Shown piece by piece: positions 31,721 through 41,140 of a DNA stretch of 64,000 nucleotides. Source of the stretch: an uncultured Acidobacteriota bacterium. GTDB taxonomy: Bacteria; Acidobacteriota; Terriglobia; Terriglobales; Acidobacteriaceae. Each line of letters starts with the position of its first letter. The first letter of the stretch is position 1. The translations under genes and the position numbers were made by a program. A model generated the notes under the pieces. That model saw only the letters and a list, made by a program, of their open reading frames with translations, was not told the DNA's origin and ran no database searches. The stretch is taken from contig CAVPRB010000008.1 in the NCBI GenBank assembly GCA_963707735.1, positions 40,941-104,940 of the forward strand, read 5' to 3'.

Positions 31721-32673
31721 ATGGCACAGGCTTATTCTGATGATTTGCGCTGCAAGCTATTGGAATCCTATGAGGTAGGCGACAGCAGTCTGCGGGAGTT
31801 GGCGCAACAGTTCCGGGTCAGTTTCGGGTACAGCAAGAAGATTCGTCGGCAACAACTGCTGACCGGGCAGAAAGAGCGGCCTGCGCAGTTGCGTCACGGT
31901 CCGGTGAGCCGGATCGATTCCGCTGCCCAGGAGAAGCTGCGCGGCTGGCTCCGCCTGCAGCCGGACTTGACCGAGGTGGAGTTGCGCGACCGGCTCGGCG
32001 AGGCCGGGGTTTGCGTCTGCAAAAGCCGGATTGGGCAGGTCTTGCGGGCGATGGGGTTGCGGCGTAAAAAAAATCCCTCCACGCCGCCGAGCGCGACCGC
32101 GAAGCCAACCGCCAGCGGCGCGAAGAATTCCTCGCCACCATCGCCACGATCCCGCCGGAAAGGCTGATTTTCCTCGACGAAAGCGGAGTGACCACGCAGA
32201 TGACGCGGCCGTGGGGACGAGCGCCGAAGGGCGAGCGCATTGCCGAAGCCGCGCCGCAAGGCCACTGGAACGTGCTGACCACGCTGGGTGCCATGAGCCT
32301 GCGCGGCATCGTCGCCGCCATGACCATCGAAGCGGCCACCGATGCCGACGTCTTTGCCGCCTATATCGAACAGGTGTTATGTCCGAAACTGCGGCCCGGC
32401 GACGTGGTCATCCTGGACAATCTGTCGGCCCACAAGGTTCAAGGAATCGAAGCGTCGATTACCGTCTGCGGCGCACGGCTGATCTATCTGCCGCCCTACT
32501 CGCCGGACCTGAACCCCATCGAAAAAGCATGGTCCAAGTTCAAGCAGTTCTTACGAACCGCCAAAGCTCGCACCGCCGAAGCGCTGGACCAAGCCGTCAC
32601 CGAGGCCCTGAAAACGATCACCGCCGACAACGCAGCCGCTTGGTTCCGCCACTGCGGATACGGGACACATTAA
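31721..32673 (+). CDS. IS630 transposase (two frames joined by -1 slip)
   Basis: The HTH part is in ORF 31721. The DDE part (LIFLDESGVT..., VILDNLSAHK..., PYSPDLNPIEKAW) is in the -1 frame and runs to 32673. Confidence 0.85.
32066..32073 (+). other. A8 slippery run, candidate programmed -1 frameshift site
   Basis: AAAAAAAA lies exactly where the transposase sequence moves from frame 0 (RRKKN...) to frame -1 (KKSLHAAERDREANRQRREEF...). Confidence 0.5.
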
Positions 32674-33176
32674 TCATGGTTTCGCTCTAACGCGGTTCCC
32701 TCCTGCGTAAGATATTCGGCTGGGACGGTGGCCACCAACTGAGTGGCTGCGATATAGCCAGTCGGAATTAGAAAACCGTTCCACAGCACAACTGAACGGT
32801 CGTTGAAATTGGAACCGCTGATTGTCAACGTGAGGCTCTCACCGTTGGCAACGACGCTGCTGGGACCCGCGGCGGAGAGTATGACAGCGTTCGAAACATT
32901 CACTGGCTGCATCGACGCCAATGTTGGACTGCGAACCACATACAGATCCTCGCCGTTGGAACCGCTGTTCTCGGACAGGAGGCAACGCCGTCGGTTCCCC
33001 AGCGGGTCAGTGCCACGGGGATAGCGGAGTGGAGCTGGGAAAACACCAGCGTACCAACCAAATTGAGCGGCTGCTCTGCGACGGCGGATAGCCGCTGCTG
33101 AAACTCAACGGCAAAACTCGTCCGCCTCGTCGATGTTCGCCGGGGTAAATCGCGCTCCCTGCAAGTAAGCCATCAG

Positions 33177-33317
33177 CTAGTACTGCAGACCGAAGAAGAC
33201 GGTGTTGGGAAACATTCCGCCCCGCGATTCAAAGTAAGAACAAACGCTCGTGGTGCGAGGAGGATACTGCTCCCAGTGCGTGAACTTATAGCAATCGGGT
33301 CTCAGTAAGAAATCCAT
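33177..33317 (-). pseudogene. nicotinamide phosphoribosyltransferase N-terminal stub (46 codons)
   Basis: MDFLLRPDCYKFTHWEQYPPRTTSVCSYFESRGGMFPNTVFFGLQY followed by a stop. This matches the conserved NAMPT N-terminus, and nothing follows it. Confidence 0.6.
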
Positions 33318-33372
33318 GGAGCTTCCTTTTCCCTGACCGCGATCACGCCCGCACGAGTACACTTGCTTGAGC

Positions 33373-34494
33373 TTACGCCATCGTATCCGGTGTGAAAATT
33401 CGGCAACAGGCACCAGGCGCGTTGTTTTGTTTTCTGCTCAAACCCTCTCGCTCCGCCCTTACCTGAATCAGTTCTCCTACAATGCTGACTGCCAGTTCCT
33501 CCGGTGTCTCCGCCCCGATATTCGTACCAATTGGCGCGTAGACAGCCGCGAGTTCCTCTCTCCTAAATCCCTGTTTAATGAGTTCCTCGAAGAGCTTATC
33601 GCGCTTGCTTCGGCTGCCGATCATGCCGATGTAGGCGGCATTGCTCCGCAGTAGCTGTTCCAGCACGATTTTGTCGAAGAGATGACCTCTGGTCACGATC
33701 ACGAGATAACTGTTTTCATCAAGAGCCAACTCCGGCAACTTGCGAAATGAATCGATGACCATGATTTCCGCAGGCTCGCCGAATCTCTTTCGATTGGCAT
33801 ATTCTGCGCGATCATCCAAAACAACCGTTTTGAAACCAACACTCGCGCCCAGAGGCGCGATCCTTTGCGAAACGTGACCGGCGCCGAAGAGATAGACGGT
33901 TCCTGCCGGTCGAAGGGGTTCCACTAGAAATCGTTGATTGTCGAGCACCTCTGCGTGAATGGATATCTTGGCGGGCCCGGCAATCATCTTCTCCAGGATG
34001 TTCGGATCACAATCGATCTTGCCGATCAGAGTCTTGTCCGGCTTTACCAGACACCATTGCCTTTTTAGAGCTGCGCCGATTGGCGCTTTGTCCAATATGG
34101 TTACAAGCCAGGCTTTTTCTCCGCGTTCATAGACATCCGCCGCCGCTTCGCAGACCATGCGGCTATTCTCATCCGCTGCATCCACGAAGTCGATGAGGAC
34201 TTCCCCCGTGCCGCCGCAGATCATGTCCATCCCAGCCGCGTCCTTGCTCGTCAGGTCAAACCTCTGTATTACCGTCTGCCTGGCAGACAGCACCTCCAGG
34301 GCCCCGCGTATGGCATCCGCTTCCAGCCGCCCACCACCGATGCTGCCGGCGCTCGACCCACCGGCGCGGATGATCATCTTCGCACCGTCTGTGCGCGGCG
34401 CTGAGCCGATGTTGTCAAAGATGGTCGCAACGGCGAAGCTTTCTCCACTTCGCAAGAGCTGCACCATCTCTTGGTACAACTTCTTTGGGTTCAT
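33373..34494 (-). CDS. xdhC: XdhC-family molybdenum cofactor insertion chaperone (long form)
   Basis: The XdhC/CoxI N-domain carries SIGGGRLE and MICGGTGEVLIDF. The Rossmann domain carries VYLFGAGHVSQ and VTRGH..D. An extra segment of about 100 aa separates them. ATG at 34494. Confidence 0.8.
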   Translation of the reverse strand: MNPKKLYQEMVQLLRSGESFAVATIFDNIGSAPRTDGAKMIIRAGGSSAGSIGGGRLEADAIRGALEVLSARQTVIQRFDLTSKDAAGMDMICGGTGEVLIDFVDAADENSRMVCEAAADVYERGEKAWLVTILDKAPIGAALKRQWCLVKPDKTLIGKIDCDPNILEKMIAGPAKISIHAEVLDNQRFLVEPLRPAGTVYLFGAGHVSQRIAPLGASVGFKTVVLDDRAEYANRKRFGEPAEIMVIDSFRKLPELALDENSYLVIVTRGHLFDKIVLEQLLRSNAAYIGMIGSRSKRDKLFEELIKQGFRREELAAVYAPIGTNIGAETPEELAVSIVGELIQVRAEREGLSRKQNNAPGACCRIFTPDTMA

Positions 34495-34540
34495 AGTTCC
34501 TCCCGATTCATCTCTTGTGTCCAGCAATATTGCCTTGGAT

Positions 34541-34980
34541 TCACGGTGCAGCGGTGGCTATTAATTTAGCTAACCACGTTTGGATCTGGTCGCGGACCTC
34601 GCGGAAGAGAGCCACTGGTTCATCGGTTGTGGCCGCGGCTGGATCGCGAAAGCTGTGATGGACTCGCTTCTCAGTGCCGGGAAATATCGGGCATGACTGC
34701 TTTGCGTTGTCGCAGACCGTGACGACATAATCGAACTGCTAGCCCAGGAATTCATCAACTGGTTTTGAACGGCAGCCAGAAATCTCTATGCCAACTTCGG
34801 ACATGGCCTTGACCGCATTCGGATTCAATCCAACCGGCCTTGTGCCCGCGCTGAAAACATCGAAATTCTCGCCAGCCTTTCGCGCGACAGGCCCGCGCCA
34901 TCCGGCCGCGAGCGGAATTGCCGGTGCGGAGAAACAAGACTTTGCATCGTTCTTGCACGAACCTCACCTCTTTCCGCTGG
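34541..34980 (-). pseudogene. arsC: LMW-PTP-type arsenate reductase/phosphatase, decayed
   Basis: KVLFLRTGNSARG has Arg (CGC) where the catalytic Cys of CTGNSxRS should be. A frame change follows. An in-frame TAG then occurs in ...[29 protein letters not shown]... Confidence 0.65.
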
Positions 34981-35119
34981 TCGGGGTTGCTGAGGCCAGG
35001 CCGGCAACAGCAACATCGATGCCGACATTCGGCGTCAACCCGCCGAAAGCGCAAGCCCCGACCCAAATCGCTTCCTCCAGGCGCCAGGCCTCGTCCTTCA
35101 ATCGCGTCTGGCCACGAAA

Positions 35120-36367
35120 CTATGGACAAGGAGAAGCGGATCGCGCTTTCGGGAATGGTTCCACCGCTCCTACGTTATTCGAGAGAAGGTGGACTTTTAT
35201 CTCCTCCCCTGAGCGGAATGAGGTGCGCTCGGGTGGAAGGACCGCCAGAGCATCAGCATGGAGCAAGGTTCTCAAGAAGCGGGTGTCTTGATTGCCGGCA
35301 CTCCACGCCAAAAGTTTTCCATCCCTGGATTCAAGCCGGACGCGCCATAAGCAGGTCTTGCCAGGTACGTTTCGCAGATCCTCCTGAAGGATCGCAGCGA
35401 CGTATGGCTTGATAACGCACGGATAGCCCATCATTCGCAGAATGGCCGGGCGGACAAGCTCTTCGAAGGTAACCACTGCTGAAACGGGATTGCCGGGCAG
35501 CGAAAAAACCGGCTTTCCATTCTTCACTCCAAATGCAGTGGACTTTCCTGGCTTCATATCAATTCTCCAGAAGACTTGCTGTACATCGAGCTCCTGGAGA
35601 ATCTCACGGACCATGTCGCGGTCCCCTACCGAGACGCCTGCCACGGTGATCAGCACGTCGGCGCGGAGTCCCTCGCTTAACTTCTGCCGCAGGCTCTCCC
35701 GATTGTCTGTGGCAACACCAAGAATCAATGGCGCGCCTCCGGCCTCCTTAACTGCCGCTGCGATTGCCACGGAGTTACTGTTGAACACCTTACCAGCAGA
35801 GAGTGGTTGACCCGGTTCGACCAGTTCATCACCGGTTGCGAGAATGGCGACGCGAGGATTGCGATATACGCCCACCGATGTCCTGCCAAGAGACGCGAGC
35901 AGGCTAATCTCGGGCACGCGTACCGGGGTACCAACAGCGAGGGCAACTTCTCCAAGGCGGATGTCCTCTCCTTGCCTTCGAATATGCTGGCCGAGCACGA
36001 CCTCCGCCTTGATGCTGACCGCATCCTTGAGTTCTTCGGCATCCTCGAATGGGACAACCGCATCGCATCCCGGCGGGACAGGGGCTCCGGTCATGATTCT
36101 GACCGCACTCCGAGGGGCCACCTTAGCAGTCGCGACCGCACCCGCGGGAAGGTAGCCGCTGATCTTCAGCAATGCGAAACTGCTGCGATCCTTAAGTCGC
36201 ACGGCATAGCCATCCATCGAAGAATTGTCAAACGAGGGCAAGTTCACGGTGGCCATCACGTCTTCTGCCATCACTCTTCCGAGAGATTCGAGAAGCCCGA
36301 CCTGCTCGACTCCCATGAGCGCCACATGGTTTAGAATCTTCTCGCGCGCCTCTTCAAAACTCAACAT
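35120..36367 (-). CDS. moeA: molybdopterin molybdenumtransferase
   Basis: MLSFEEAREKIL start, SSMDGYAV motif, and a MoeA four-domain length of 415 aa. Confidence 0.9.
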   Translation of the reverse strand: MLSFEEAREKILNHVALMGVEQVGLLESLGRVMAEDVMATVNLPSFDNSSMDGYAVRLKDRSSFALLKISGYLPAGAVATAKVAPRSAVRIMTGAPVPPGCDAVVPFEDAEELKDAVSIKAEVVLGQHIRRQGEDIRLGEVALAVGTPVRVPEISLLASLGRTSVGVYRNPRVAILATGDELVEPGQPLSAGKVFNSNSVAIAAAVKEAGGAPLILGVATDNRESLRQKLSEGLRADVLITVAGVSVGDRDMVREILQELDVQQVFWRIDMKPGKSTAFGVKNGKPVFSLPGNPVSAVVTFEELVRPAILRMMGYPCVIKPYVAAILQEDLRNVPGKTCLWRVRLESRDGKLLAWSAGNQDTRFLRTLLHADALAVLPPERTSFRSGEEIKVHLLSNNVGAVEPFPKARSASPCP

Positions 36368-36632
36368 GGCGATCTTCGCCCTTCCTACGCGGCACTTTGT
36401 GCACGACCTCAACGGGCAGGCCCGGATGCAGTGCACTTCCCTCCAACACAAGCGCAAATAACCCGTTGCGCGGCATTCTGCAGCCGCCAGTTGTGTGGTA
36501 GATCACACATCGCGTGGGGCAGTCCTTGCCGATCCGGTTCGGTTCATCCTGCAGCAACTTCCCATCTGTCATGGCAGGACTCCGCACCGTCCCAGTCGCT
36601 AGAGCATTCACCCGAAGAATCAATTCGCTCAC
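36354..36632 (-). CDS. short MOSC-domain-like protein
   Basis: 92 aa. IGKDCPTRCVIYHTTGGCRMPRNGLFALVLEGSALHPGLPVEV resembles the C-terminal half of small MOSC proteins found next to moaA. The N-terminal half is missing. Confidence 0.4.
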   Translation of the reverse strand: MSELILRVNALATGTVRSPAMTDGKLLQDEPNRIGKDCPTRCVIYHTTGGCRMPRNGLFALVLEGSALHPGLPVEVVHKVPRRKGEDRHVEF

Positions 36633-36634
36633 CG

Positions 36635-37651
36635 TCAGCCTCCGATCTGGCTCATCGCGAAAGGACTGTCCATGGCGCGGGGAGCAACCTTTCCGGCAAC
36701 GTAGGATTGGAACTCCCGACGCGCGTCCTGCACCTTCATCGTTCGCAGTGTGCGGGGCAGATCAAGGGTCGTGGTATCCATCAGGCACCGGCGAATCTGG
36801 CCGCGTGCATCCATGCGCAGTCTCTCGCAACTCTGGCAGAAGGGATGGGAGCGAGGGGTGATCCATCCCACGGTCAACAAACTTCCGCGCCAGTTCAGCA
36901 GCGTCCTTCTTGCTGACGATCCGGTCACTTCCTGTACGGGCACAGTCTCAGCATTCAACTTGCTGCAGACCTCGTCAACAGAGATGAACTCGGACTCGCA
37001 CCACCCGTGCTCGGTCCCGGTTCGCATCAATTCGATGAATCGGATTTCAAAACCTAAGCGAGATGCAAAACTCAATAAACGAGGTACTTCCAGTCTCCAG
37101 GTGGAGCGCCGCAAGACGGTGTTGATCTTGATGGGAGTCAGCCCGGCGGTACGGGCGGCCTCGATGCCGGCCAAGGTGCGTTCAAGGCTCCCGCCGCGAG
37201 TGATCTCCGCAAATCTCGCTGGGTCAAGGGAATCAAGCGAAACATTGACGCGATTGAGTCCCGCCTTTTTCAGACTCCAGGCCATCTGAGACAACAATGT
37301 TCCGTTGGTAGTGAGCGAGACTTCCTGAATCCCGGGGACCGCGGACAATTGCTCAATCAGAGGCTCAATCCCACGGCGCACCAAGGGTTCTCCGCCGGTG
37401 ATCCTCACCCGGCGGATTCCGGTTTCGGAAACCAGCCAGTTCACCAGCCATACCAATCCTTCCAATGGCAGCAGGTCAGAGTGTGAGACCTTGGTGACAC
37501 CCTGCACGGGCATGCAGTAGCGACAACGGAAATTGCACAGATCCGTAATCGAGAGGCGGAGCAACTGTAACCGCTGCAACGGGCGCAAAAGAGCGGCTGC
37601 CTCGAGGGAGACCTTAAGGTTGGAGTCTGCCTGCGCCAATGGAGCCGGCAT
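36635..37651 (-). CDS. moaA: GTP 3',8-cyclase (radical SAM)
   Basis: LRLSITDLCNFRCRYCMP (a CX3CX2C motif), GGEPLVR, and C-terminal Cys residues (CQSCERLR). ATG at 37651. Confidence 0.9.
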   Translation of the reverse strand: MPAPLAQADSNLKVSLEAAALLRPLQRLQLLRLSITDLCNFRCRYCMPVQGVTKVSHSDLLPLEGLVWLVNWLVSETGIRRVRITGGEPLVRRGIEPLIEQLSAVPGIQEVSLTTNGTLLSQMAWSLKKAGLNRVNVSLDSLDPARFAEITRGGSLERTLAGIEAARTAGLTPIKINTVLRRSTWRLEVPRLLSFASRLGFEIRFIELMRTGTEHGWCESEFISVDEVCSKLNAETVPVQEVTGSSARRTLLNWRGSLLTVGWITPRSHPFCQSCERLRMDARGQIRRCLMDTTTLDLPRTLRTMKVQDARREFQSYVAGKVAPRAMDSPFAMSQIGG

Positions 37652-37997
37652 CGTATTCCCTTTCCTAGGCTTGAGTTTGCGCCATTGCAAATTCTTGTTT
37701 GCAGGTGGATACTCGCACACCCACCTCCGTCTTATCAACATTCTTCAAGTTGGCTGCCGAGGCGGCTGGAGTTGTAACCTGAACCCGACCCAAGCCTTAC
37801 CACGCGTGGACCAACCCCGGGAACGCTACGTACTATACCTCTGGAGCAGCCAGAGCTGCCCACATGCCGTTTTTCTTTTATCACCAGTCGTGTTCCGATA
37901 TTGAGCACGAGTTGCGCTCAACTCCTCAACATCGCGCTTTGCTGGAACCGGCACGGATGCCGCTTTCACCTCGGTTCAATCCAGGAGACGATCGGCC

Positions 37998-38258
37998 TCA
38001 CTTTTTGTAGTAGGCCGCGTTCAAAGCCGCAAAGTGCTGCAGTTCCTCCGGCAGCTCTTCAATCGAGAAGATAGCCTCGTTTTCGCAGGCTGCTATGCAC
38101 GAACCGCAGGTAATACACTTCTTGGGGTTAATGTATAGCTGCTTTACGCCCTCGTACCCCGGCTCCTCTTTCTTGGGATGAATGGCCTTCTTCTGGCAGA
38201 CAGGAATACACTTCATGTCTTTAATGCATTTGTCCGTGATGACGCTAAAACTGGGCAT
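37998..38258 (-). CDS. small ferredoxin (two Fe-S cluster motifs)
   Basis: 86 aa. Carries DKCIKDMKCIPVC and CITCGSCIAAC cysteine clusters. It is the last gene of the hydrogenase transcription unit. Confidence 0.75.
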   Translation of the reverse strand: MPSFSVITDKCIKDMKCIPVCQKKAIHPKKEEPGYEGVKQLYINPKKCITCGSCIAACENEAIFSIEELPEELQHFAALNAAYYKK

Positions 38259-38320
38259 GATTTCCAATCTCCTGATGAGTTCAAACAAATTACGCCGGGG
38301 CAATATCTACTGGCCGCCAA

Positions 38321-39403
38321 TCACCGGTCCGTGCATGAGTAACAGGGATCGATCGAAGCCTGGATTAACGGCGTATCCGCAAGTCGAGCGCCACGAACCA
38401 TGCAGCGAATCGCCGGCATGTTGGCAAAAGTTGGAGTCCGCACATGGACGCGGCTGGGTGAATCCGATTCCTCTTCCCATGAAACGCTGTAGAACACCTC
38501 TCCGCGAGGCGCTTCGACGCGGCTGAAGCCTCTTCCCGACGGAAACTCCAATTCCTCGCCGCCCGCGTGCAAATCGCCGGAAGGTAGTTTGGCGAGGGCC
38601 TGCCGGAGAATGCGGCAGCTCTCCAGAATCTCCAGCGCGCGCACTACGAGGCGGGCTTTTACATCTCCGGAATGATCCACGGGCACATTGAATTCCATTT
38701 CTTCATAGGCGGCGTAAGGGGCTGCGCGGCGAATGTCCTGCGATAGTCCGGAGGCGCGTGCGGTAGGTCCGACGACACCCAGGGAGCGCGCCTGTTCTTC
38801 GCTGAGGACACCAATACCGGCACACCGGGACAGGGCGGTGCGGCTGGAAGTGAAGATCGGGATAATGGTTTTCACCATGTCCCGTTCCAGGTCGTCAATC
38901 ATAAGAAGAATTGTGGCCGGATCGGTGATGTCGCGATTGACCCCTCCAACGCGGTTCATCGAATAGTTAACCCGATTCCCGGAGATGGCTTGCAGCACGT
39001 CCATTACTTTCTCGCGAATGGCGAAGCAGGTCATGAACATGGTTTTAAAGCCCATGAGCTTGCCTGCAATACCGGCCCATAGTACATGAGAATGCAGACG
39101 CTCCAGTTCAGCTATGATTACGCGGATATACAGTGCGCGCGGAGGAGGACTGAGCTCAAGGACCTGCTCTATGGCCTGACAGATAGAAAGCGTGTGAATG
39201 TTCGAACAGATGCCGCAGACGCGCTCCATCAGGGCGATGACCTGGATGTGGTTGCGTGTTTCGGCCAAATGCTCGATGCCGCGGAAGTTGAACCCAATAT
39301 GAATCCTGGCGTCCTGGACGGTTTCGCCGTCGCAGATCAGGTCAAGCTTGTAGGGTTCCTCTAAGGCGGGGTGGTAAGGTCCCATTGGAATCTGATAGCT
39401 CAT
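38321..39403 (-). CDS. group 4 [NiFe]-hydrogenase large subunit (EchE/MbhL/NuoD-like)
   Basis: 360 aa. The N-terminal Ni-binding motif is RVCGICSNIH. The C-terminal motif DPCYSCTDR is followed directly by the stop codon, so there is no cleavable extension. Confidence 0.9.
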   Translation of the reverse strand: MSYQIPMGPYHPALEEPYKLDLICDGETVQDARIHIGFNFRGIEHLAETRNHIQVIALMERVCGICSNIHTLSICQAIEQVLELSPPPRALYIRVIIAELERLHSHVLWAGIAGKLMGFKTMFMTCFAIREKVMDVLQAISGNRVNYSMNRVGGVNRDITDPATILLMIDDLERDMVKTIIPIFTSSRTALSRCAGIGVLSEEQARSLGVVGPTARASGLSQDIRRAAPYAAYEEMEFNVPVDHSGDVKARLVVRALEILESCRILRQALAKLPSGDLHAGGEELEFPSGRGFSRVEAPRGEVFYSVSWEEESDSPSRVHVRTPTFANMPAIRCMVRGARLADTPLIQASIDPCYSCTDR

Positions 39404-39807
39404 TCGGCCTCCTCGCGCAGGTTCACGCCCACCTTGTCGCCCGCTCGCAGCATGAGGGACTCGTAATCCCGTCCAATGAAGTTGATGGCAAAGTATTCGT
39501 GGATCTCACGTTCGATCCAGTCGGCTGCCTCGCAGAGGTCGTAGATGCTATCCACCTGGCCATTCTCCACCTGCACTTCAAAGCTCAAGAGCTGGCCATC
39601 TAGGTCCCAGTGGTAGTCCATGACGATGCCGCCGTGCTCTGGCAGTTCGGTGGCGGTAATAGTGATGAATCGCGCCTTGCGGCCTTTCATGAGCGTCGCC
39701 AGTTTGCGCACATCAAGTGCCCCTGCGGCCAGCCAGTTCGAACCGCCCTTCTGCTCCCAGAGTTCGTTCAGTTCCAAGTCCGATGGGATGCTGTCGATTG
39801 TGCTCAT
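39400..39807 (-). CDS. NuoC/30-kDa-like hydrogenase subunit
   Basis: 135 aa with a C-terminal WIEREIHEYFAINFIGRD-type NuoC signature. Confidence 0.75.
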   Translation of the reverse strand: MSTIDSIPSDLELNELWEQKGGSNWLAAGALDVRKLATLMKGRKARFITITATELPEHGGIVMDYHWDLDGQLLSFEVQVENGQVDSIYDLCEAADWIEREIHEYFAINFIGRDYESLMLRAGDKVGVNLREEAE

Positions 39808-40229
39808 TTTGCCTCTCCCGAAGACGGAGTTGCTTCCGTCCCGTTTGGAGCCGGAGGCGCCTCTGGCTTTGCTTTTGGCGGTAGCTGCGGGCGCTGCGAG
39901 GTTTGGGTGAAATTCAATTCATCTCGCTTGAAGTAAATCGGCGGGCACGCCGCGTCCTGGGTGAGCGCATGCGCTTCGCAACCATCCACGCAGCGTCCGC
40001 AATAAGTGCATTGGCCGGGATCGTAGCTCCAGGTGTAGGCTGTGCGGGTAGGGCGGAAGGTGATGCCTCGCGACGTGCAGCGATAGGAGCAGATGCCGCA
40101 ACCCGTGCACAACTTGGCGTCATAGCGCACAAGACCGCGGTACCCCAGATCCGCCGGCGGGCGTTGCGGAAAGCGCAAGGTGACGGAGCCGCCCATGAAG
40201 TTCTTGAATAACAGGTCCAGAATGTTCAT
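39804..40229 (-). CDS. NuoI/EchF-like 2x[4Fe-4S] subunit
   Basis: Starts at MNILDLL (ATG 40229). Carries CTGCGICSYRC and CTYCGRCVDGC motifs and a Pro/Ala-rich tail. Confidence 0.75.
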   Translation of the reverse strand: MNILDLLFKNFMGGSVTLRFPQRPPADLGYRGLVRYDAKLCTGCGICSYRCTSRGITFRPTRTAYTWSYDPGQCTYCGRCVDGCEAHALTQDAACPPIYFKRDELNFTQTSQRPQLPPKAKPEAPPAPNGTEATPSSGEAK

Positions 40230-41140
40230 AGCTTGAGCCTCATCAGCAGCGCGGATGAAACGCCGAGCACGGCGAAGATCACAGCGCATCGCCAGTAGAA
40301 GCGCACCGAGGAATCGATTGCCAGGCGGGCGGTTGCCGTCGCCACCACGGAGAGCAGCAGAACTACCGCGAAGGAGAATGCAATGAAAATCGCGGCCGCC
40401 AGCCAGACATTGCCGACCTGCGGAGCGACCAGCGCTGCAACCAATCCGGTAGCGGCCACCCACTCCAACCCGTGCGCAAGCTCCCAGAGTGCCAACTCGG
40501 GGCCTGCGTACTCAGTCAGCGGTCCGGCGTACATCTCCTGCTCCGCATTGGTGACAGAGAAGGGATTGAGGTGCAGCTTTGCGGGCAGGCAGACGAGGAT
40601 CGCCAGCACTCCAAGCCAGCGCAGCGGTGAAGCGTGCGACTGCGCCAGCGCTTGCAGGCTGAACGTATGTTGCGAAGCCGCAATGGCGACGACCGCCATG
40701 AGGAAGACAACGTTGTAGGAGATGCTCATCACCGCCTCGCGCGCGGAGCCAATCTCACCCCACAGGGAGCGGGAGGAAAAACCGGCGGCAATGACAAACA
40801 TCGAGGGCAATTCCAGCAACGAGAGCAGCAGGATGAGGTCACCGGCAAATCCGCCGGAGCGCGGGACCACCGGAAGCAGTCCAACCGCCCCGGCCGCCGC
40901 GGCCACGGAGAGAACCGGCCACGTCCTCATCAACCAGCCGCCCAGTCCGCTGCGCGAGGGAACATCCTTGCTCATCAACTTAACGAAGTCAAAGAACGGC
41001 TGCATGAAGGGCGGACCCATGCGCTGTTGCATCACGGCTACTGCTTTGCGTTCTGCCCAAAGGAAGAACCAAGCGGTAGGAATGGCAAATAAAAGGCCCG
41101 GAAAGATCAGGAGACGCAGCAATGCGGTAGTCAGATTCAT
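40226..41140 (-). CDS. NuoH/EchB/HycD-like membrane subunit
   Basis: 304 aa, polytopic. N-terminal AERKAVAVMQQRMGP is typical of the NuoH family. Confidence 0.85.
   Translation of the reverse strand: MNLTTALLRLLIFPGLLFAIPTAWFFLWAERKAVAVMQQRMGPPFMQPFFDFVKLMSKDVPSRSGLGGWLMRTWPVLSVAAAAGAVGLLPVVPRSGGFAGDLILLLSLLELPSMFVIAAGFSSRSLWGEIGSAREAVMSISYNVVFLMAVVAIAASQHTFSLQALAQSHASPLRWLGVLAILVCLPAKLHLNPFSVTNAEQEMYAGPLTEYAGPELALWELAHGLEWVAATGLVAALVAPQVGNVWLAAAIFIAFSFAVVLLLSVVATATARLAIDSSVRFYWRCAVIFAVLGVSSALLMRLKL

Larger units (their letters stand above)
31643..32687 (+). mobile_element. IS630-family insertion sequence with TA target duplication
   Basis: The 25-nt terminal inverted repeats at 31643-31667 and 32663-32687 match at 18 of 25 positions (GAGCGGAACCA... 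versus GAGCGAAACCA...). TA flanks both ends (31641-42 and 32688-89). Confidence 0.85.
31413..32939 (-). pseudogene. IPT/TIG-domain protein remnant split by IS630
   Basis: The upstream piece is 32688..32939 (SGSNFNDRSVVLWNGFLIPTGYIAATQLVATVPAEYLTQEGTAL). The downstream piece is 31413..31642 (ITVATASASS...GPDFVSASVVYWNGASLSTTYIS). Removing the IS and one TA copy restores the frame as ...EGTALITVATAS... Confidence 0.6.

Noticed and set aside
26425-34760. In-frame TAA (26425) and TAG (about 34760) as evidence for stop-codon reassignment
   Set aside because: TAA, TAG and TGA all terminate well-conserved genes at the expected positions in this window. Examples are hisG (TAA), hisB (TAG) and sucA (TGA). 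A variant genetic code is therefore not supported, and nonsense mutations or sequencing errors are simpler explanations.
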